Below, piece by piece: positions 48,984-57,962 of a stretch of DNA of 64,000 bases. The notes below the pieces were generated by a model, which saw only the letters and a list, made by a program, of their open reading frames with translations, searched no databases and was not told where the DNA came from. The number at the start of each line of letters is the position of its first letter. Within the stretch, counting starts at the first letter, position 1. Source of the stretch: a virus; the IMG/VR virus record IMGVR_UViG_3300021964_000018, positions 64,001-128,000 of that record. One strand, given 5' to 3'. The position numbers and the translations under genes are program-made.

Positions 48984-51217
48984 AAAGATCTCCTGTAATA
49001 TAATATTACTTTTAATCCTCTGGCTCCGGTTCCTGCGGTATCAACATCAATTGTTATTTGATCATCATCGTTAATTGTAGTTGTTGTAAGTGCAGCTGCT
49101 GTTGTTGCCGATGTTGAAGTTCCTTCATCAGCATCGATAGTGAGCTTATTTGTAGTCATGATCGTTGTTCCGTCAACATTAATGTCTACAGTTGTCCCGC
49201 TTGTGCCATTTGTTGACAAACTGGCACGAGGTATTTGATAGAGTTCCATTCCGAAAGGAGCACGAAGTGTAACTAAACCTGTACCTGTTTGTAAATCTGT
49301 GTTATCTGCTGAAACTGTGATCATCATAAAATCTTGAATGCTAGCTGTTTGTTCAACTTGTAGGCTACCGCTGATTAACATAGCGCCACCAAAAACAGAC
49401 ATGTCTTGACCGGTTCCTATAGAACCTGACACGTAAAAATTAGTATCACTCGGTAGGTCAGTCGCTGATGCATTACCATCTGATTGTCCTACTTCAAATT
49501 TTACCTTTCCGTCATCAAAAACTCGAAAAGGAAAAGTATAAGGATCCTCACCTACATTTGTTCTTTGTTGAAGATAAAAATCAGCGCCTCTACCTGGAGA
49601 AATATAAATATGCTCTGCTTGCTGGTATGCAAAATATGCGTTATATGATGTTCCGTCATCAGCATTTTTAAACTGAATAAAGCTAATTTCTGATTCTCCT
49701 TTTTGAAAGATTAAATCAGAACCATTGTCTATTTTAACATTGCCACTAACTACTAAATCTCCACCAAACAATGACGTACCGGAAGTACCTGTACCACCTA
49801 TTGATCCGGATACGTAAAAGAAAACATCAGCTCCCGGATCAGCAATGTTGGAATGCATATCATTAATTTGTATTTGTTCTCCAGCAAGAAAAGTATTGTT
49901 TTCACCACTTAAAAATAAGTCTAACGTACTCATTCCTAATTGATCATCTTTACCTGTTACAGTTCCTGACAGAACAAGATTTCCTCCGGAATCTAAATCC
50001 ATCAATTTAGTGCCAGTAGTGTTTAAATTTCCCATTCCATTTGCGTTATAATAAGGAATATTGTTTTTCCATTCAAATCCAGCTGTATTATATTGAGAAA
50101 AGAATACTATTTTTTGGTCATTGTCTGTCACAGTTCCGTTAAGTGCCATTCCTCCAAAATGTGAGCCAGTTTTATGTAATGTAAACATAACATTTTCTAT
50201 AGCTGAATTATTCGAGATATAAGTTAAACCTTCACCACTAGTATAATTTCCTAAAATAGGATTGTCTTTATTAATCGCAATCCCAAAACCACCCTGATCA
50301 TAAATTGGGTGTGTTCCTCCTAATTGTAATGATTCGAATGCTTTTAGATTATTTCCTTGAATATTCTCAAATCGATAGTTAGAACCACCTAAAGAAGCAC
50401 CACCATCTGTAATTGGAATAATACCAGCAGAACCAACAACCAATTGATCCTGAACAGTCACTTGGTTGTTATAACATTCAATTGCAATATTATCAATATC
50501 CCCTTCTTTTGTTACGTAAAATCTTAATCTTCCATCTCCATCGCTATCTGTTGTTGTATAAATCATTGCGGATCTTTTAAGTGTTGATGAACCTGTGTGA
50601 GCAAAGAATTGGATTCTTGCAATCTCATCATTTGTGTTGACACCGGTTGGAGAACTTGGTGTTCCTCTGGCTTTCGCGAAACTCCAATATGCACCACCAA
50701 CAGAATCCGCAGCGGAGTCTATAGAGAAGCTTGCCGCGTCTGTTGCATCTCCAACTACATGAAACTTATGCTCAGGACCAGTTATAGAAACCCACTGATC
50801 ACTTGCGTTTCTACCTCCGCCTAAGTCAGTTCCAACTCCTATAGCTTCTTTTGAGATAAGTGATCCGGAAACCTTTAGATTAAAACTTGAATCAATAAGA
50901 ATTCCGTTATTTCCTGCAAAAGATCCATCATCATTAAATTGAACATGTCTGTCTAAACCGCCTGGTGTAACTGCACCTGATCCTGTTTGGGCTGTTTGGA
51001 ATGTAAGATTGCCTGCGCCATCTGTTGTAAGCACTTGATTTGCATTTCCGTCTGTTGATGGAAAAGTATATGCATCTTCAATGCTTAATGAACCTTGTTT
51101 AATTGCAACTGATCCTGTTACGACTAAGGACGGAGTATCTGTTCCAGCTGAACCGGTTACAATAACACCTTCTCCGAAACGCATAGTTGCAGTTCCCATA
51201 TTTTTTATTTTTGCCAT
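48980..51217 (-). CDS. Tail-fibre-like virion protein
   Basis: FP.TDG..NQVL.TDG.GNL.F, VQFNDDG, repeated F.VSGS.G; C-terminal module ending GLKV.L. Confidence 0.65.
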   Translation of the reverse strand: MAKIKNMGTATMRFGEGVIVTGSAGTDTPSLVVTGSVAIKQGSLSIEDAYTFPSTDGNANQVLTTDGAGNLTFQTAQTGSGAVTPGGLDRHVQFNDDGSFAGNNGILIDSSFNLKVSGSLISKEAIGVGTDLGGGRNASDQWVSITGPEHKFHVVGDATDAASFSIDSAADSVGGAYWSFAKARGTPSSPTGVNTNDEIARIQFFAHTGSSTLKRSAMIYTTTDSDGDGRLRFYVTKEGDIDNIAIECYNNQVTVQDQLVVGSAGIIPITDGGASLGGSNYRFENIQGNNLKAFESLQLGGTHPIYDQGGFGIAINKDNPILGNYTSGEGLTYISNNSAIENVMFTLHKTGSHFGGMALNGTVTDNDQKIVFFSQYNTAGFEWKNNIPYYNANGMGNLNTTGTKLMDLDSGGNLVLSGTVTGKDDQLGMSTLDLFLSGENNTFLAGEQIQINDMHSNIADPGADVFFYVSGSIGGTGTSGTSLFGGDLVVSGNVKIDNGSDLIFQKGESEISFIQFKNADDGTSYNAYFAYQQAEHIYISPGRGADFYLQQRTNVGEDPYTFPFRVFDDGKVKFEVGQSDGNASATDLPSDTNFYVSGSIGTGQDMSVFGGAMLISGSLQVEQTASIQDFMMITVSADNTDLQTGTGLVTLRAPFGMELYQIPRASLSTNGTSGTTVDINVDGTTIMTTNKLTIDADEGTSTSATTAAALTTTTINDDDQITIDVDTAGTGARGLKVILYYRRSL

Positions 51218-51281
51218 TTTAACTCCACTTTAAGTATAATTATTATTTAAGAATTATAAATTAATTAAAATGAGTTAGAAG

Positions 51282-51686
51282 ATGTATTTAAATATGCCTC
51301 GCGGGCTAGGACATGTTCCTTCCTATCAGTCATCCGCTGTTCCTTATCTTACGAGTTCTTTAATTGTTCCCGGGACAAATAATGAACCAATAGAAGTATC
51401 TTTTCCAAACGTAACTAGATTTATAATCATAACAAATACTTACGATGGTGATCAAAATATTCCCTTAAGGTTTGGGTTTAGCGCTAACGGAATTAAAGGC
51501 GTTGAAAATAATAATTACGCAATACTAAACAATGGAGAAAGCTTTGAAGCAGATTTTAGAGTTTCAAAAGTTTTTTTGTTGAGCGATTCAGTTTTTTCTA
51601 CATCCGGATCTATTGTAGCCGGATTAACTGACATTAAAGAAAATTTATTACCCAATAATTGGACAGGTTCTGCCGGGATAGGATAA
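51282..51686 (+). CDS. Small putative virion protein
   Basis: GLGHVPSYQSSAVP; paralog of 44244..44579. Confidence 0.55.
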   Translation: MYLNMPRGLGHVPSYQSSAVPYLTSSLIVPGTNNEPIEVSFPNVTRFIIITNTYDGDQNIPLRFGFSANGIKGVENNNYAILNNGESFEADFRVSKVFLLSDSVFSTSGSIVAGLTDIKENLLPNNWTGSAGIG

Positions 51687-53227
51687 TGGGATTTACAGAT
51701 TTAAATAATAAAAACAACAATACAACATCAACAAAAGGTAATTCAAACATTGGGTTTGGAGGTTTAGAAATAACGCAGCTGCATCCTGTTGCGCAAGGTG
51801 ATTTTGTTTACGGCATACAAACACCTCAGACTTTTGTCACTGCATCTTTTGTAGGCTCTTCTGTTACAGCAGCAGACGGGATGGCAGTATTAAATTGTGG
51901 TACTGGTGTATCCGGATCAGCTGTTTTGAATTTAAGAAGAGGTATAAAATATAGACCGGGACAAGGTTCGATTATGAGAGCGACGGCTCTTTTTGATACA
52001 CCTGTGGAAGATAATCTTCAATTACTCGGTCTAGCAAATAACGAAACCGGTTATTCATTTGGCTATCAAGGAACAAATTTTGGAATATTACACAGAGAAA
52101 CAGGTCAGCTAGAAATAAGAAAACTAACCATAACAACCGGTGCAGCAAACGGAGATACGATTACGGTTACTTTAGACGGTGACGCATTTACTTTTGATAT
52201 TACTATTGACGGCACTACTTCAACCACACAAACAGCTTATAAGTTATCTTTGCAAGATTATACTCAACTTGGAAAAACAGGATTTTTGGTTGATGTTGTG
52301 GGTTCTGATGTATATTTTATTTCCGGAAGATGTAATCCTAATTTAACAGGAACGTATTCTATTTCAGGAGGCTCAGTCGTCGGAAATTTTACACGCATAC
52401 TAGCGGGTACGGACTATACAGAAACTTTTATTCCAACAGGATCTTTTAATATTGATAAGTTAGATGGTACTGGAACTTCAGAGATGATTATTAATCCTCA
52501 AAGAGGAAACGTATATGAAATCGATTTTCAGTATCTTGGGTTTGGTAACGCAAGATTTGCCGTTGAAGATCCCAATACAGGAAGGTTTGCTAATTGTCAT
52601 ATGATTAAAAATGCAAACAATCGAACCACTCCTGTACTTAAAAACCCAAACGTTCAAATTAGATTAGAATCATCAAATAACGGAAACACCAGTGGGGTTT
52701 CGGTTAGGTCTGCTTCTATGGCAGGTTTTATTACTGGTGAAGTAGTAAAATTAGATCCAAAATTTGCTCAAAGTTTTGCTTTTGAGAATCTCAATAAAAC
52801 AACTTATCACCCGCTAGCAATGATTAAAGCAAATAGAATTCATAAAAATCAATCTTGTTTTGGAGAGTTTGATATATTAAGGTTGGCAGGTTCAAATGAA
52901 GTAAGTTCTAAAACTTTAATTATTGGTTTCTTTTTAGGCGCAGAAATAACAGGAGATGTTAATTACGAATATGTTGATGATGAAAACAGTATTGTTTCAA
53001 TAGCAACTTTAGACCCAACAACAAACTCACCTGCGAATACAATTAGTAATTTAAGTGATATTGTTCCTTTCCATGAAATTGTTGTAGGTCCTTTGGCGGG
53101 TGTATCTGAAGATTTGGACAAGCTTGAATTTATATTCCCGCCGGGTATTCCGCTTTTAATTGCTGTTAAAGCTACAAATACCGGTGTTAATGGCTCAGTT
53201 TCTATTAATTGGTTTGAGCAACAATAA
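51686..53227 (+). CDS. Putative virion structural protein
   Basis: TAATG coupling; YRPGQG, D.LDG.G.S, FQYLG.G motifs; beta-rich. Confidence 0.55.
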   Translation: MGFTDLNNKNNNTTSTKGNSNIGFGGLEITQLHPVAQGDFVYGIQTPQTFVTASFVGSSVTAADGMAVLNCGTGVSGSAVLNLRRGIKYRPGQGSIMRATALFDTPVEDNLQLLGLANNETGYSFGYQGTNFGILHRETGQLEIRKLTITTGAANGDTITVTLDGDAFTFDITIDGTTSTTQTAYKLSLQDYTQLGKTGFLVDVVGSDVYFISGRCNPNLTGTYSISGGSVVGNFTRILAGTDYTETFIPTGSFNIDKLDGTGTSEMIINPQRGNVYEIDFQYLGFGNARFAVEDPNTGRFANCHMIKNANNRTTPVLKNPNVQIRLESSNNGNTSGVSVRSASMAGFITGEVVKLDPKFAQSFAFENLNKTTYHPLAMIKANRIHKNQSCFGEFDILRLAGSNEVSSKTLIIGFFLGAEITGDVNYEYVDDENSIVSIATLDPTTNSPANTISNLSDIVPFHEIVVGPLAGVSEDLDKLEFIFPPGIPLLIAVKATNTGVNGSVSINWFEQQ

Positions 53228-53238
53228 TTAAAATAATT

Positions 53239-53265
53239 TGTAAAAACTTTAAAAATTAGTATAAT
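53239..53265 (+). promoter_or_regulatory. Promoter of tmRNA (TGTAAA-N15-TATAAT)
   Basis: Variant of the recurring motif, 20 nt upstream of ssrA. Confidence 0.55.
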
Positions 53266-53284
53266 AAATAAGTATTTATATTTT

Positions 53285-53652
53285 GGGCCCGCAAAGGTTT
53301 CGACGGGGTAGGAGTAAGTGTTGTGGTGCATGTAGGTAAGAATCAGCCTTAATTGTTCAAAAATTTTATAAATGCCAATAATAATAAGCATTTCGCTCTT
53401 GCAGCTTAACAGCCTTTAGCGACGTCTGAATAGAATATGTATGGGTATCTATTTGGGCGTGTAAGACCATACTAATCCTGAGAGTCGTTTTAATGGTGGC
53501 GGCTTAGGGGATAATAAAGGAACCAGGTAAAATCCATTACGTGTTATTCTAGGGTTCTCTCTTCCAATTTAATACGTATAATTGAGAGTAAACATGTAGG
53601 ACCACTATTTATTTTATGCCGGACGGGGGTTCGACTCCCCCCGGGTCCACCA
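53285..53652 (+). ncRNA. ssrA: tmRNA, tag (A)ANNNKHFALAA
   Basis: 5' GGGCCCG..GGTTTCGAC; T-arm GGGGGTTCGACTCCCCC; 3' CGGGTCCACCA gives an acceptor stem with G3.U70. Tag ORF at 53374-53409. Confidence 0.95.
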
Positions 53653-53663
53653 CTTAAAAATGT

Positions 53664-53691
53664 TGTACAAATAAAAAAGACAACGTATAAT
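53664..53691 (+). promoter_or_regulatory. TGTACA-N16-TATAAT promoter of hsp20
   Basis: Recurring motif. Confidence 0.6.
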
Positions 53692-53756
53692 TATTATTGC
53701 AACGCCATAATGGGTTGTATACATAAGTCAAAACTTGCTTACATAAGGAGGATAAT

Positions 53757-54191
53757 ATGACAAGGTTTGCATTAACTCACGTACCCGCATTGTTAGGAAA
53801 CGGTGCAATTGACAGGCTTTTTGAGGAATTTTTTCAAAACCCGGAGCCCTATGTCAAACAAACAACAAACGGATATCCACTAACAGATATCTACAAAGAA
53901 GAAGACGGCAGTCAAGTGATCGAAATGGCACTGGCTGGATTTTCTAAAGAAGACATCCTTATTAATACTGAGGCGAATAAAATTACTATCAGCGCTGACG
54001 GTTCTAAATTAAAGGGTCAACTAGCAGAAAATCGACGTCGAATTGCAAAGCGAGCATTTAAGAAATCATTTGTTGACTACCACAATACACTTGATTTTGG
54101 AAACTCAAATGCAACATTTGAAAACGGTTTGTTAAGAATTCAAATTCCTTTGCGGGATGAAGTTAAACCACGTCAAATTACTATTAAGTAA
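53757..54191 (+). CDS. Small heat-shock protein Hsp20 (IbpA-like)
   Basis: YP..DI, IEMALAGFSKEDI, IA.RAF..SF, A.FENGLL.I.I, P..I.I. Confidence 0.9.
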   Translation: MTRFALTHVPALLGNGAIDRLFEEFFQNPEPYVKQTTNGYPLTDIYKEEDGSQVIEMALAGFSKEDILINTEANKITISADGSKLKGQLAENRRRIAKRAFKKSFVDYHNTLDFGNSNATFENGLLRIQIPLRDEVKPRQITIK

Positions 54192-54269
54192 ATAATTTTA
54201 TATAAATCTTTAATATCTCTAACTTTAACAAATAGTTATTGTTAGAGATATTTTTTAATTGGAGAAAAA

Positions 54270-54779
54270 ATGAAACTTAATAGAAAAAACTTAAGAAAAT
54301 TAATTAACGAAGTTCTCACTGAATCTAAAGTTAATAGAAACCCTATTTACGCTAGAAACCCTGCATTTCTTTATCAGAACATTGCAAAGCCTGGACCTGG
54401 TAACGTGGAACTATATCAAAATATGGCCAAACCATCACAGTTTAAAGTAGACGGTCCTGATTTAGAAAGTGCATTAAGAGCTATGAAAAAAGAAAACAAT
54501 GTAAAGAATTTAGAAGGGCGCTACGAAGTTATTCTTCAACACTTAGTAGATTCTCGTTATTATACACCAGCTAATAAATCTTTCTTAATGGATGAATTTA
54601 GATTAATATTAAGAGATATGGAAAATTATATGACACACGAATTAGACGCTAATACCTTAGCACGAATTACCAGCGCAGGAAAAGATGATGATGATCCTTT
54701 GAGCCCAAGAAAAATTATTTATGACTTTTTCAAGTTTGGTAAGGGAAACTTAGAACATGATGGATTTGCAGGATTTTAA
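54270..54779 (+). CDS. Hypothetical protein with MKLNR leader
   Basis: MKLNRKNLRKLINEVLTE; LYQNxAKP duplication. Confidence 0.6.
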   Translation: MKLNRKNLRKLINEVLTESKVNRNPIYARNPAFLYQNIAKPGPGNVELYQNMAKPSQFKVDGPDLESALRAMKKENNVKNLEGRYEVILQHLVDSRYYTPANKSFLMDEFRLILRDMENYMTHELDANTLARITSAGKDDDDPLSPRKIIYDFFKFGKGNLEHDGFAGF

Positions 54780-54811
54780 TTAATTGTATAAAAGCTAAAA
54801 AGCTAAAATCT

Positions 54812-54853
54812 TTATAAACCTCTGTTTGTAGCAAATAGTTATAAACGGAGGTT
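54812..54853 (+). repeat. 33-bp direct repeat / RBS-sequestering hairpin, copy A
   Basis: TTATAAACCTCTGTTTGTAGCAAATAGTTATAA (54812-54844) is identical to 56481-56513. Confidence 0.85.
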
Positions 54854-54858
54854 GTTTT

Positions 54859-56463
54859 ATGTTTATAAATGAAAATAGAATTAATGAAATTATACGACAT
54901 GTAATTTTAGAAAACATGGCACAGATGGGCCGAGCTTTTTTTGATAGTAAAGAAAGGAAAGCACAAGTTGAAAAAGAGCATCAAAGAAAAAGTAAAATTG
55001 CATATAAAAATCTAATACAAAACATGCATGCATTTATTAAAAACGAAGATTTGAATTCTATTATTTCATTCATTGTAAATAAGTCAGACACATATCTATT
55101 AGGTCCAGCTTATAATTATTACTTTAAAGGAAAGATTAATTATGTGCCATCTGGTACATCAGGTTATGCAGGATCAGACGCACTTAAAAAAGAATTTTTT
55201 GATTATATGTCTGAAAACGGGAAGGAAAAGTTATCAAAATTTTTAAATAGCTTGATCAAAAAAATAGGTCCCGGTTTAGAAAATGTCAAGCCAGGTTCCG
55301 GAACTAGTTCTGCAGATGAACAATTTTTAAGAGTGTTGGAGGATTACAAAAGACAGTTTTATAGTGCAATTGAATCTAACAAAAAAGATTTGGAAAAAAT
55401 AATTTCGCTTAATGAAAAGTCTATTAACTACATAGAAAACTTTAAAAACAAATATGACAAGCAAGGTTTTGATTTTGATGCACCAGGTGATTTTGAAAAA
55501 AGAGCGACTAAAAAAGAGTTTGATAATGTTGAAAAGGCAGAAGAATATAAGAAATTAACATTTGAAAAGTTTGAAGAAAAAATAATTTCAATAACTAAAA
55601 ACGAATATATAAGTTATAATTTAATTGCAGTTTTACAACAGATTTTAAAAAAACACATAAGTGATTTAAAAATTTCAAAGTCTGATAATATTATTGCACA
55701 AGCAAGAGTTGATAAGCGAAACTATTCAGAAGTAATAAAAAACAACCCCGGTTGGTTTATTGTACATTATATTAATGCATTTACTGAGCAAGACTATCAG
55801 GACGTTTTTCCTGGCGTATTATCTTGGGTCAACTATTTTGGAGGTAAAAGATCAAAAGATGAATTTGCAGGTGTTGCTTATCACAAAGATAATAAATACT
55901 TAGGAGATAATATTGGAAGAGGGACAGGAACAAGAGACAAATTACCAAGAGTAGGCGCTATACTGCAGGGATATGTTACTGCTATTTATGATGGCGATGT
56001 TGGGTCAACTACTTTTTCTCAAAGTAACCCTTATGGCGGTCAAAGAGAAGAAAGCGGATTTACAAGATACGCAGGTGATATGGGTGATTATTCTAGTCAA
56101 AGTAAAAGATTAATTATCGATTTAGAAAAATATAAAGAAAGTGTACAGGGAAAGGATTTTCTTTACAATGAAGGTTTTATAGACAATTGGCAGCCAACAG
56201 GAATAATAGCTGATTGGGAAGAAATTAAAAAAGTTTATATTAATAATGCAAATTCATTTTATCCAGAGTTAAGCGGGAAAGAAAAACCAGAAATTGTTAA
56301 AGCGTTATCAAACATTCTTTTGAGGATACCGCTAGCTTGCCAAGAAAAAGGCATGAAAATATTTGATAAAAACTTTAATGAAATTAACGCAAAAGATTTT
56401 ATAAAAATACTTAAAGATATGATAGATAACATATCTAATGTTTTATCTAGTCCTGGAAAATAA
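54859..56463 (+). CDS. Hypothetical protein; paralog of 18503..20314
   Basis: Shared C-terminal motif blocks. Confidence 0.65.
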   Translation: MFINENRINEIIRHVILENMAQMGRAFFDSKERKAQVEKEHQRKSKIAYKNLIQNMHAFIKNEDLNSIISFIVNKSDTYLLGPAYNYYFKGKINYVPSGTSGYAGSDALKKEFFDYMSENGKEKLSKFLNSLIKKIGPGLENVKPGSGTSSADEQFLRVLEDYKRQFYSAIESNKKDLEKIISLNEKSINYIENFKNKYDKQGFDFDAPGDFEKRATKKEFDNVEKAEEYKKLTFEKFEEKIISITKNEYISYNLIAVLQQILKKHISDLKISKSDNIIAQARVDKRNYSEVIKNNPGWFIVHYINAFTEQDYQDVFPGVLSWVNYFGGKRSKDEFAGVAYHKDNKYLGDNIGRGTGTRDKLPRVGAILQGYVTAIYDGDVGSTTFSQSNPYGGQREESGFTRYAGDMGDYSSQSKRLIIDLEKYKESVQGKDFLYNEGFIDNWQPTGIIADWEEIKKVYINNANSFYPELSGKEKPEIVKALSNILLRIPLACQEKGMKIFDKNFNEINAKDFIKILKDMIDNISNVLSSPGK

Positions 56464-56480
56464 AATATTTTATCATAATC

Positions 56481-56521
56481 TTATAAACCTCTGTTTGTAG
56501 CAAATAGTTATAAGCAGAGGT
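56481..56521 (+). repeat. 33-bp direct repeat / RBS-sequestering hairpin, copy B
   Basis: Same 33-mer as copy A. Confidence 0.85.
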
Positions 56522-56527
56522 ATTTTT

Positions 56528-57562
56528 ATGCAAGCAAGAAAAGGTGAATGGTTTTCTTTATCATGGGATATTATAGGTACTCATGATGAAAAAGCATATA
56601 GTCATTTTTATAATGCTCCTAAATTTTTGTATGCAGAAGAAGACAGCAAACAAATTGAAGCTGAAGTCATTAATGAATTTTATCGATTACGGCTGGCCAG
56701 AATATTTATCACATCAGTTTTCGTAACTGATACAGAAGGAAATAAAGTCCCTACACATTATCGAATTGGTGAATTTATGCCAGGAGATAATAAATCTTAT
56801 GACAAATGGTTGGCAAGGTACCATAAGATTAATTTTGAAGTTACGGAATATGTTCGTGCTAAAGAAGCACTAAATCAAAAAAATGTATATCTTGAACATT
56901 CGGCTAAAATTATTCGTCATGATATGCATAGCGGAATTAATACTTACATTCCACGAGGATTTAAAAGTTTAATTCGTAGATTACCAGAAAACATAATTAA
57001 AGAAAACCGTTTAGAAACTGCGCTTAAGCTATTAAAAGAAGGTATTGATCACGCCCAGAGAGTTTATAGTGGAGTTTATGCATTCACAAACTTGGTAAAA
57101 GAAGATAGCGTTTTAGAACAAGAAATATGCGATTTGAGAGAAGTAATTAAAGATTATCTCAGAGGAACAGCATATTCAGACCAAGTTATTGTTGAAGAAT
57201 TAATTGAATTAGAGGTTAATAGTTCTTTATTTTGCACAGCAATCGACAACTTAATAAGAAACGGTTTAAAATATAATGACAGTCCAACCAAATTTGTTCG
57301 TATATATATGGAAGATGAAGAAACAATCTGTGTCCAAGATAATGGTAGGGGATTGTCCCGAAGAGACTTTTTATATTTTTGCAAACCTTATGTAAGAAAA
57401 AGAGGTCAAGCTGAGTCTGGCTCAGGTTTAGGGCTTAACATCGCAGCTGCTATATTTACAGAGCACGGTTTTTCAATTGACCCAGAAAAGTTAGAAAATG
57501 GCACAATTATGAGGATAAAATTAAATGCAGGTGATAAAAAGTATATTATTAGTGGACGATGA
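56528..57562 (+). CDS. Sensor histidine kinase (cytoplasmic)
   Basis: IRHDM H-box, NLIRNGLKYN N-box, DNGRG G1, GSGLGL G2. Confidence 0.9.
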   Translation: MQARKGEWFSLSWDIIGTHDEKAYSHFYNAPKFLYAEEDSKQIEAEVINEFYRLRLARIFITSVFVTDTEGNKVPTHYRIGEFMPGDNKSYDKWLARYHKINFEVTEYVRAKEALNQKNVYLEHSAKIIRHDMHSGINTYIPRGFKSLIRRLPENIIKENRLETALKLLKEGIDHAQRVYSGVYAFTNLVKEDSVLEQEICDLREVIKDYLRGTAYSDQVIVEELIELEVNSSLFCTAIDNLIRNGLKYNDSPTKFVRIYMEDEETICVQDNGRGLSRRDFLYFCKPYVRKRGQAESGSGLGLNIAAAIFTEHGFSIDPEKLENGTIMRIKLNAGDKKYIISGR

Positions 57563-57962
57563 AACTCTATTTCATCTTGTTTTTGATGACGCATGCAACA
57601 TCTTAGACATCTCTTTAAATCTTGAAACTGTATCTTCTTCAGACACAGCTGAAAATATGTTTAAAGGGTTTCAAACAAATCAAGATGATAAGCCTGAATG
57701 TGTTTTTGTTGACCTAAACATTATTGGGTCATCATTTGATGGGATAGAATTGGTTCGTAGAATTAATTATCAATACGGAAATGGTGTTGTAATAGGGATT
57801 ATTTCAAGTTCATCAGATCCTATTGAGATTGATAAGGCAAAAGGTGCAGGTGCGCAGTTTTGGATTGTAAAATCAGATGATATTGAGCCTCGCTTGGAAC
57901 AATTTAAAGCTGATTATCCTAATTATAAAAACAGGACAGGTGCTTTTAAGGTGTACAAATGA
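57525..57962 (+). CDS. Single-domain response regulator
   Basis: ILLVDD, VFVDLN, DG.E, ISSS, GA..WIVK. Confidence 0.9.
   Translation: MQVIKSILLVDDETLFHLVFDDACNILDISLNLETVSSSDTAENMFKGFQTNQDDKPECVFVDLNIIGSSFDGIELVRRINYQYGNGVVIGIISSSSDPIEIDKAKGAGAQFWIVKSDDIEPRLEQFKADYPNYKNRTGAFKVYK

Noticed and set aside
48420-51217. Invertible tail-fibre switch or diversity-generating retroelement
   Set aside because: No invertase, reverse transcriptase, flanking inverted repeats or TR/VR pair is visible in the window.
53285-53652. tmRNA as a prophage integration site
   Set aside because: No integrase or duplicated 3' end was seen, and phage-like genes and promoters continue on both sides.
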